Assembly (NCBI GenBank): GCA_032718475.1
Contig: JAUCBJ010005047.1
Span: forward strand, 18,479-82,478
Direction: 5' to 3'
Source of the DNA: Nemertoderma westbladi
Taxonomy: Eukaryota > Animalia > Xenacoelomorpha
DNA length: 64,000 nt
Part shown: piece after piece, positions 53,933 through 64,000 of the stretch
Numbering within the stretch: position 1 is the stretch's first letter
Layout of the letters: the number at the start of each line of letters is the position of its first letter
Position numbers and translations under genes: made by a program
The notes under the pieces: generated by a model
Told to the model about the DNA's origin: nothing
What the model saw: only the letters and a program-made list of their open reading frames with translations
Database searches by the model: none

Positions 53933-54210
53933 GGTTCCACCTTGGTGTAGTGGTCGCGTTGAATTCACATCTCCCGTAGGTCGTGGGTTCGATCCTCACA
54001 TGGGCCAGGGCAGTTTTCGATTCGGCACGAATGCTTTAAAGGGACCAGCCAGGGCCGCATCTCTGCCTTGCATCCTTAAGTGGTAGCTAAATGAGTACTG
54101 GAGTTTCCTCTGGGGAGTAAAGTTCTGGGGGGACCGCACTGGAAATAAGTCGTCAGATCCCAAACGTAATCCCTGGCCTAGCGGCCAAAGAAAATTTACT
54201 TTTTTACTTT
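53933..54210 (+). mobile_element. tRNA-derived SINE (Pol III A/B boxes, conserved core, LINE-like 3' end)
   Basis: A box TGGTGTAGTGG (53943), B box GGTTCGATCC (~53986), core GCCTTGCATCCTT...TAAATGAGTAC, then GGACCGCACTGGAAATAAG and a TTTAC-repeat tail. Confidence 0.85.
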
Positions 54211-54787
54211 AGTAGAAAATTGGGTTTGCTTTACCATAAATATTTATAACTAGTTTCATTGTGATCAGCGACCTCGAAAACAAACCCGTATACCTTCAGA
54301 ATTATAAAAACAAACTCAAAATTTTTTAGATTGACATATTTTTTTTACTTGTACTTTTCGACATCGGGGACCAAAAAAGCACCAAATATGATGGTTTCAT
54401 TGACAGAAAATAGTTTTATCGTGATCAACGACAGGCACCAGGAACTTGCTATGGGAACCAGGGGGTGAGTGGGGAACTGGACGCAAATCCCATCTCGGTG
54501 AATGATTAATATCTCGTCTCAATGTTAAATAATTAATCAAGGGGAATGAGCAGGTTCCAATGGCACGTTATCCAAGCCAAAACAGTAAATTCAAGGCAAT
54601 AGAATAGCAAAAGGTTACAGTAATATTTATGGGAGTACTTAGCTGTTATTTGTCGTTATTTGCGTCGATTTTCCCCTGGAGACGGATTGATTTATATTGC
54701 AACGAATCTACCAAACTTTCAATTTGAACTCTCAATATATACCACAGATTTTTATTCGCTTATTGGATATAAATGTTTAATCCACAG

Positions 54788-54946
54788 CGCGACAAGGTGC
54801 AGCTGCTGCTAAACGTGCCAAGTTTTGCTACGACGATTTGACTCCTTGTGTGGACGGTTTAGCTACAATCTGGGACCAACAGCTGAAAAACAGTCTGATT
54901 AATTATTCACTCGATTACAAATTTCTAATTGGTCTCGTTAAAACAG
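54788..54946 (+). CDS. TBC1D1/4: Internal exon of a TBC1D1/TBC1D4-family Rab-GAP (region just before the TBC domain)
   Basis: CACAG| acceptor and |GTAAAT donor, phase 1-1. It translates as RQGAAAAKRAKFCYDDLTPCVDGLATIWDQQL...LVKTG, similar to vertebrate KRLKLDYEEITPC...VWEKML...AVGQG. Confidence 0.85.
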
Positions 54947-55185
54947 GTAAATCTTTTAATCACAACTATCGTGAAATAATTTTATCTTAGCGAGTAATGA
55001 GATAATTGTTTTACAATAACAGTATCAGATACATATAATCCTACAGATACAGTAAAATGTACCGGCGCTATGTACGAAGGTCAACCGCACCACATATTTT
55101 GAAGGCAACTTTTGTCAAATTCATTCAAAGAAGTAGAATACTGGAAATTATTAAACAATAAAGCAAACATTTCGTTTGAGTTTAG

Positions 55186-55331
55186 GGGTTCCAAAGAATA
55201 AACGTGGAGAGATCTGGCTGGTATTAAAGGATGAATATATGAAGAAGCACCCGGTAGCGGCTTGTATTGTACGATCTACGTTTTCCGAATGTTCATATCA
55301 AGAACTTTTATCGAAGAAAACAAACCAACAG
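55186..55331 (+). CDS. TBC1D1/4: Next exon of the TBC1D1/4-family gene (start of the TBC domain)
   Basis: TTTAG| acceptor, GVPKNKRGEIW...SYQELLSKKTNQQ, |GTCGGT donor. Matches GVP..RGEIW...YKELLKQLTSQQ and is in frame with the previous exon. Confidence 0.87.
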
Positions 55332-55434
55332 GTCGGTTTCTCTGTGTTTCACACTTTTATACAATCTATAGCTTGCGCGTAGTGTTATTTATTTGGCCAC
55401 TTACCAACGAATTATCATGTTGGTGAGCGCTAAA

Positions 55435-55645
55435 AATGCACAACGAGAAACAATGAGCAACAATCTAGCAAAAATGAGCAACAACGAGCAAAAATGAGCA
55501 ATAACAAGCAACAATAAGCAACAACGTGCAACAATGAGCAGTAATAAAGTACAACAAAGAACAACAACGAGCAACAATGAGCAACAACGAGCAATAATAA
55601 AGTATAACAACGAGTAAAAATGAGCAACAACGAACAACAACGAGC
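55435..55645. repeat. Degenerate 10-bp tandem repeat (GAGCAACAAY)
   Basis: Repeated GAGCAACAAC/GAGCAACAAT/GAGCAAAAAT units. Confidence 0.8.
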
Positions 55646-55650
55646 GTCCT

Positions 55651-58600
55651 TGTTTACTAACACCCCCCCCCCCCCCTCCCATCTAACCTGTTTACTAACT
55701 ATCCCCCCATCTAACCGGTATACTAACTATCCCCCATCTAACCTGTTTACTAACTATCCCCCCCATCTCACCTGTTTACTAACTACCCCCCCCCCCCCTC
55801 CCATCTAACCTGTTTACTAACTATCCCCCCCATCTAACCTCTTTACTAACTACCCCCCCCCCCCATCTAACCTCTTTACTAACTATCCCCCCCCCATCTA
55901 ACCTGTTACTAACTACCCCCCCCCCCATCTAACCTGTTTACTAACTATCTCCTCCCATCTAACCTGTTTACTAACTATCCCTCCATCTAACCGGTTTACT
56001 AACTATCCCCCATCTAACCTGTTTACTAACTATCCCCCCCATCTAACCTGTTTACTAACTATCCCCCCCCTCCCATCTAACCTGTTTACTAACTATCCCC
56101 CATCTAACCTGTTTACTAACTATCCCCCCCCCCATCTAACCTGTTTACTAACTATCCCCCCCCCATCTAACCTGTTTACTAACTATCCCCCCCCATCTAA
56201 CCTGTTTACTAACTATCTCCCCCATCTAACCTGTTTACTAACTATCTCCCATCTAACCTGTTTACTAACTATCCCTCATCTAACCTGTTTACTAACTATC
56301 CCCCCATCTAACCTGTTTACTAACTACCCCCCCCCCCATCTAACCTCTTTACTAACTATCCCCCACCCCATCTAACCTGTTTACTAACTATCCCCCCCCA
56401 TCTAACCTGTTTACTAACTATCTCCTCCCATCTAACCTGTTTACTAACTATCTCCCCATCTAACCTGTTTACTAACTATCCCCCCCCCATCTAACCTGTT
56501 TACTAACTATCCCCCCCCATCTAACCTGTTTACTAACTATCCCCCACCCCATCTAACCTGTTTACTAACTATCCCCCCCCATCTAACCTGTTTACTAACT
56601 ATCTCCTCCCATCTAACCTGTTTACTAACTATCTCCCATCTAACCTGTTTACTAACTATCCCTCATCTAACCTGTTTACTAACTATCCCCCCATCTAACC
56701 TGTTTACTAACTATCCCCCCCATCTAACCTGTTTACTAACTATCCCCCCCATCTAACCTGTTTACTAACTATCCCCCCCATCTAACCTGTTTACTAACTA
56801 TCTCCCCCCATCTAACCTGTTTACTAACTACCCCCCCCCCCCCCATCTAACCTGTTTACTAACCTCCCCCCCTCATCTAACCTGTTTACTAACTATCCCC
56901 CCCTCATCTAACCGGTTTACTAACTATCCCCCATCTATCCTGTTTACTAACTATCCCCCCCCATCTAACCTGTTTACTAACTATCTCCCCCCATCTAACC
57001 TGTTTACTAACTATCCCCCCCTCATCTAACCTGTTTACTAACTATCCCTCATCTATCCTGTTTACTAACTATCTCCCCCCATCTAACCTGTTTACTAACT
57101 ATCCCCCATCTAACCTGTTTACTAACTATCTCCCCCATCTAACCTGTTTACTAACTATCTCCCCCATCTAACCTGTTTACTAACTATCCCTCCATCTAAC
57201 CTGTTTACTAACTATCCCCCCATCTAACCTGTTTACTAACTATCCCCCCCCCATCTAACCTGTTTACTAACTATCCCCCCCCATCTAACCTGTTTACTAA
57301 CTATCCCCCCCCATCTAACCTGTTTACTAACTATCTCCCCCATCTAACCTGTTTACTAACTATCCCCCCCATCTAACCTGTTTACTAACTATCCCCCATC
57401 TAACCTGTTTACTAACTATCCCCCCCATCTAACCTGTTTACTAACTATCCCCCCCCATCTAACCTGTTTACTAACTATCTCCCCCATCTAACCTGTTTAC
57501 TAACTATCCCCCCCATCTAACCTGTTTACTAACTATCCCCCATCTAACCTGTTTACTAACTATCTCCCCCATCTAACCTGTTTACTAACTATCCCCCCCA
57601 TCTAACCTGTTTACTAACTATCCCCCATCTAACCTGTTTACTAACTATCCCCCCCATCTAACCTGTTTACTAACTATCCCCCCCCCATCTAACCTGTTTA
57701 CTAACTATCTCCCCCATCTAACCTGTTTACTAACTATCCCCCCCATCTAACCTGTTTACTAACTATCCCCCCATCTAACCTGTTTACTAACTATCCCCCC
57801 CATCTAACCTGTTTACTAACTATCTCCCCCATCTAACCTGTTTACTAACTATCCCCCCCATCTAACCTGTTTACTAACTATCCCCCCCATCTAACCTGTT
57901 TACTAACTATCCCCCATCTAACCTGTTTACTAACTATCCCCCCCATCTAACCTGTTTACTAACTATCCCCCCCATCTAACCTGTTTACTAACTATCTCCC
58001 CCCCATCTAACCTGTTTACTAACTATCTCCCCCATCTAACCTGTTTACTAACTATCCCCCCCATCTAACCTGTTTACTAACTATCCTCCCCATCTAACCT
58101 GTTTACTAACTATCCCCCCATCTAACCTGTTTACTAACTATCTCCCCCCCATCTAACCTGTTTACTAACTATCTCCCCCATCTAACCTGTTTACTAACTA
58201 TCCCCCCCATCTAACCTGTTTACTAACTATCCTCCCCATCTAACCTGTTTACTAACTATCCCCCATCTAACCTGTTTACTAACTATCTCCCCCATCTAAC
58301 CTGTTTACTAACTATCCCCCCCATCTAACCTGTTTACTAACTATCCCCCCATCTAACCTGTTTACTAACTATCCCCCCCATCTAACCTGTTTACTAACTA
58401 TCCCCCCCCCCATCTAACCTGTTTACTAACTATCTCCCCCATCTAACCTGTTTACTAACTATCCCCCCCATCTAACCTGTTTACTAACTATCCCCCATCT
58501 AACCTGTTTACTAACTATCCCCCCCCATCTAACCTGTTTACTAACTATCTCCCCCATCTAACCTGTTTACTAACTATCCCCCCCATCTAACCTGTTTACT

Positions 58601-61600
58601 AACTATCCCCCCCATCTAACCTGTTTACTAACTATCTCCCCATCTAACCTGTTTACTAACTATCCCCCCCATCTAACCTGTTTACTAACTATCCCCCCCA
58701 TCTAACCTGTTTACTAACTATCCCCCCCATCTAACCTGTTTACTAACTATCCCCCCCATCTAACCTGTTTACTAACTATCTCCCCCCCATCTAACCTGTT
58801 TACTAACTATCCCCCCCATCTAACCTGTTTACTAACTATCCCCCATCTAACCTGTTTACTAACTATCTCCCCATCTAACCTGTTTACTAACTATCTCCCC
58901 CCCATCTAACCTGTTTACTAACTATCCCCCCCATCTAACCTGTTTACTAACTATCCCCCCCATCTAACCTGTTTACTAACTATCCCCCCCATCTAACCTG
59001 TTTACTAACTATCCCCCCATCTAACCTGTTTACTAACTATCCCCCCCCATCTAACCTGTTTACTAACTATCCCCCCCATCTAACCTGTTTACTAACTATC
59101 CCCCCCATCTAACCTGTTTACTAACTATCCCCCCATCTAACCTGTTTACTAACTATCCCCCCCATCTAACCTGTTTACTAACTATCCCCCCATCTAACCT
59201 GTTTACTAACTATCTCCCCCATCTAACCTGTTTACTAACTATCCCCCCCATCTAACCTGTTTACTAACTATCCCCCCATCTAACCTGTTTACTAACTATC
59301 CCCCATCTAACCTGTTTACTAACTATCTCCCCCATCTAACCTGTTTACTAACTATCCCCCCCATCTAACCTGTTTACTAACTATCCCCCCATCTAACCTG
59401 TTTACTAACTATCCCCCCCATCTAACCTGTTTACTAACTATCCCCCCCATCTAACCTGTTTACTAACTATCTCCCCCATCTAACCTGTTTACTAACTATC
59501 CCCCCCATCTAACCTGTTTACTAACTATCCCCCATCTAACCTGTTTACTAACTATCCCCCCCATCTAACCTGTTTACTAACTATCCCCCCCATCTAACCT
59601 GTTTACTAACTATCCCCCCCATCTAACCTGTTTACTAACTATCCCCCCCATCTAACCTGTTTACTAACTATCTCCCCCCATCTAACCTGTTTACTAACTA
59701 TCCCCCCCATCTAACCTGTTTACTAACTATCCCCCCCATCTAACCTGTTTACTAACTATCCCCCCCATCTAACCTGTTTACTAACTATCCCCCCCATCTA
59801 ACCTGTTTACTAACTATCCCCCCCATCTAACCTGTTTACTAACTATCTCCCCCATCTAACCTGTTTACTAACTATCTCCCCATCTAACCTGTTTACTAAC
59901 TATCCCCCCCATCTAACCTGTTTACTAACTATCCCCCCCATCTAACCTGTTTACTAACTATCCCCCCCATCTAACCTGTTTACTAACTATCCCCCCCATC
60001 TAACCTGTTTACTAACTATCCCCCCCATCTAACCTGTTTACTAACTATCCCCCCATCTAACCTGTTTACTAACTATCCCCCCCATCTAACCTGTTTACTA
60101 ACTATCCCCCCCATCTAACCTGTTTACTAACTATCCCCCCCATCTAACCTGTTTACTAACTATCCCCCCCATCTAACCTGTTTACTAACTATCCCCCCCA
60201 TCTAACCTGTTTACTAACTATCCCCCCCATCTAACCTGTTTACTAACTATCCCCCCCATCTAACCTGTTTACTAACTATCCCCCCCATCTAACCTGTTTA
60301 CTAACTATCCCCCCCCATCTAACCTGTTTACTAACTATCCCCCCCATCTAACCTGTTTACTAACTATCCCCCCCCATCTAACCTGTTTACTAACTATCTC
60401 CCCCCATCTAACCTGTTTACTAACTATCCCCCCCATCTAACCTGTTTACTAACTATCCCCCCATCTAACCTGTTTACTAACTATCCCCCCCATCTAACCT
60501 GTTTACTAACTATCCCCCCATCTAACCTGTTTACTAACTATCCCCCCCATCTAACCTGTTTACTAACTATCTCCCCCCATCTAACCTGTTTACTAACTAT
60601 CCCCCCCATCTAACCTGTTTACTAACTATCCCCCCCATCTAACCTGTTTACTAACTATCCCCCCCCATCTAACCTGTTTACTAACTATCCCCCCCATCTA
60701 ACCTGTTTACTAACTATCCCCCCCATCTAACCTGTTTACTAACTATCTCCCCCATCTAACCTGTTTACTAACTATCCCCCCCATCTAACCTGTTTACTAA
60801 CTATCCCCCCATCTAACCTGTTTACTAACTATCCCCCCCATCTAACCTGTTTACTAACTATCCCCCCCCCCATCTAACCTGTTTACTAACTATCTCCCCC
60901 ATCTAACCTGTTTACTAACTATCCCCCCCATCTAACCTGTTTACTAACTATCCCCCCCATCTAACCTGTTTACTAACTATCTCCCCCCCATCTAACCTGT
61001 TTACTAACTATCCCCCCCATCTAACCTGTTTACTAACTATCCCCCCATCTAACCTGTTTACTAACTATCCCCCCCATCTAACCTGTTTACTAACTATCCC
61101 CCCCCATCTAACCTGTTTACTAACTATCCCCCCCATCTAACCTGTTTACTAACTATCCCCCCCATCTAACCTGTTTACTAACTATCCCCCCCATCTAACC
61201 TGTTTACTAACTATCCCCCCCATCTAACCTGTTTACTAACTATCCCCCCCATCTAACCTGTTTACTAACTATCCCCCCCATCTAACCTGTTTACTAACTA
61301 TCCCCCCATCTAACCTGTTTACTAACTATCCCCCCCATCTAACCTGTTTACTAACTATCCCCCCCATCTAACCTGTTTACTAACTATCCCCCCCATCTAA
61401 CCTGTTTACTAACTATCCCCCCCCATCTAACCTGTTTACTAACTATCTCCCCCATCTAACCTGTTTACTAACTATCCCCCCCATCTAACCTGTTTACTAA
61501 CTATCCCCCCCATCTAACCTGTTTACTAACTATCCCCCCCATCTAACCTGTTTACTAACTATCCCCCCCCATCTAACCTGTTTACTAACTATCTCCCCCC

Positions 61601-64000
61601 ATCTAACCTGTTTACTAACTATCCCCCCCATCTAACCTGTTTACTAACTATCCCCCCCATCTAACCTGTTTACTAACTATCCCCCCATCTAACCTGTTTA
61701 CTAACTATCTCCCCCATCTAACCTGTTTACTAACTATCCCCCCCATCTAACCTGTTTACTAACTATCCCCCCCATCTAACCTGTTTACTAACTATCCCCC
61801 CCATCTAACCTGTTTACTAACTATCCCCCCCCATCTAACCTGTTTACTAACTATCCCCCCCATCTAACCTGTTTACTAACTATCCCCCCCATCTAACCTG
61901 TTTACTAACTATCCCCCCATCTAACCTGTTTACTAACTATCCCCCCCCATCTAACCTGTTTACTAACTATCCCCCCCATCTAACCTGTTTACTAACTATC
62001 CCCCCCCATCTAACCTGTTTACTAACTATCCCCCCCATCTAACCTGTTTACTAACTATCCCCCCCATCTAACCTGTTTACTAACTATCCCCCCCCATCTA
62101 ACCTGTTTACTAACTATCCCCCCCATCTAACCTGTTTACTAACTATCCCCCCCATCTAACCTGTTTACTAACTATCCCCCCCATCTAACCTGTTTACTAA
62201 CTATCCCCCCCCATCTAACCTGTTTACTAACTATCCCCCCCCATCTAACCTGTTTACTAACTATCCCCCCCATCTAACCTGTTTACTAACTATCTCCCCC
62301 ATCTAACCTGTTTACTAACTATCTCCCCCCATCTAACCTGTTTACTAACTATCCCCCCCATCTAACCTGTTTACTAACTATCCCCCCCATCTAACCTGTT
62401 TACTAACTATCCCCCCCATCTAACCTGTTTACTAACTATCCCCCCATCTAACCTGTTTACTAACTATCTCCCCCCCATCTAACCTGTTTACTAACTATCC
62501 CCCCCATCTAACCTGTTTACTAACTATCCCCCCCCATCTAACCTGTTTACTAACTATCCCCCCCATCTAACCTGTTTACTAACTATCCCCCCCATCTAAC
62601 CTGTTTACTAACTATCCCCCCCATCTAACCTGTTTACTAACTATCTCCCCCATCTAACCTGTTTACTAACTATCCCCCCCATCTAACCTGTTTACTAACT
62701 ATCCCCCCCATCTAACCTGTTTACTAACTATCCCCCCATCTAACCTGTTTACTAACTATCCCTCCCATCTAACCTGTTTACTAACTATCCCCCCCATCTA
62801 ACCTGTTTACTAACTATCCCCCCATCTAACCTGTTTACTAACTATCCCCCCCATCTAACCTGTTTACTAACTATCCCCCCCATCTAACCTGTTTACTAAC
62901 TATCTCCCCCATCTAACCTGTTTACTAACTATCCCCCCCCATCTAACCTGTTTACTAACTATCCCCCCCATCTAACCTGTTTACTAACTATCCCCCCCAT
63001 CTAACCTGTTTACTAACTATCCCCCCCATCTAACCTGTTTACTAACTATCCCCCCCCATCTAACCTGTTTACTAACTATCCCCCCCATCTAACCTGTTTA
63101 CTAACTATCTCCCCCCCATCTAACCTGTTTACTAACTATCCCCCCCATCTAACCTGTTTACTAACTATCCCCCCCATCTAACCTGTTTACTAACTATCTC
63201 CCCCCCCATCTAACCTGTTTACTAACTATCCCCCCCATCTAACCTGTTTACTAACTATCCCCCCCATCTAACCTGTTTACTAACTATCCCCCCCATCTAA
63301 CCTGTTTACTAACTATCCCCCCCATCTAACCTGTTTACTAACTATCCCCCCCCCATCTAACCTGTTTACTAACTATCCCCCCCATCTAACCTGTTTACTA
63401 ACTATCCCCCCCCATCTAACCTGTTTACTAACTATCCCCCCCCATCTAACCTGTTTACTAACTATCCCCCCCATCTAACCTGTTTACTAACTATCCCCCC
63501 ATCTAACCTGTTTACTAACTATCCCCCCCATCTAACCTGTTTACTAACTATCCCCCCCATCTAACCTGTTTACTAACTATCCCCCCCATCTAACCTGTTT
63601 ACTAACTATCCCCCCCATCTAACCTGTTTACTAACTATCCCCCCCATCTAACCTGTTTACTAACTATCCCCCCCCCATCTAACCTGTTTACTAACTATCC
63701 CCCCCATCTAACCTGTTTACTAACTATCCCCCCCATCTAACCTGTTTACTAACTATCCCCCCCCCATCTAACCTGTTTACTAACTATCCCCCCCCATCTA
63801 ACCTGTTTACTAACTATCTCCCCCCATCTAACCTGTTTACTAACTATCCCCCCCATCTAACCTGTTTACTAACTATCCCCCCCATCTAACCTGTTTACTA
63901 ACTATCCCCCCCATCTAACCTGTTTACTAACTATCCCCCCCCCATCTAACCTGTTTACTAACTATCCCCCCCCATCTAACCTGTTTACTAACTATCCCCC
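55651..64000. repeat. ~29-bp C-rich satellite, >8.3 kb, continues past the window end
   Basis: Unit ATCTAACCTGTTTACTAACTAT plus a C run of variable length (mostly 5-9; CTCCCC variant). Confidence 0.99.

Larger units (their letters stand above)
52767..54432 (+). repeat. Copy 3 of the 661-1500 dispersed repeat, split by RTE and SINE insertions
   Basis: 52767-52922 matches ~897-1260 (with a deletion) and 54216-54432 matches ~1250-1475. AAAATTGGGTTT occurs at both break points. Confidence 0.75.

Noticed and set aside
53933-54008. tRNA gene
   Set aside because: A and B boxes are present, but there is no convincing cloverleaf and it continues into a SINE body and tail.
55651-64000. True telomere at the window end
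   Set aside because: Wrong strand polarity for a right end, and the unit is not a simple telomerase repeat.

Overview
This is AT-rich eukaryotic (invertebrate animal-like) genomic DNA; I see no prokaryotic system and no CRISPR array. Two host genes are recognisable. The first is a complete mTOR on the minus strand with only two coding exons (31395-30755 and 30286-23269, about 2552 aa, one 468-bp intron). The second is represented by two internal exons of a TBC1D1/TBC1D4 (AS160)-family Rab-GAP on the plus strand (54788-54946, 55186-55331). I cannot find its upstream exons in the window, so mTOR may be nested antisense in a very large TBC1D1/4 intron. The rest is repetitive. There are seven tandem arrays (units 39, 60, 91, 64, 27, 41 and about 29 bp), several 5'-truncated LINEs (L2/Crack/Daphne-, CR1- and RTE-like), a tRNA-derived SINE, and an internally deleted Ty3/Gypsy element with identical LTRs in a three-level nest. 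A cluster of non-autonomous TIR elements has readable TSDs (5 bp, 9 bp, TA). An unexplained ~1-kb GC-rich coding-like segment is fused to an RTE 3' end. Coordinates were read by eye, and family names come from remembered motifs, not database searches.
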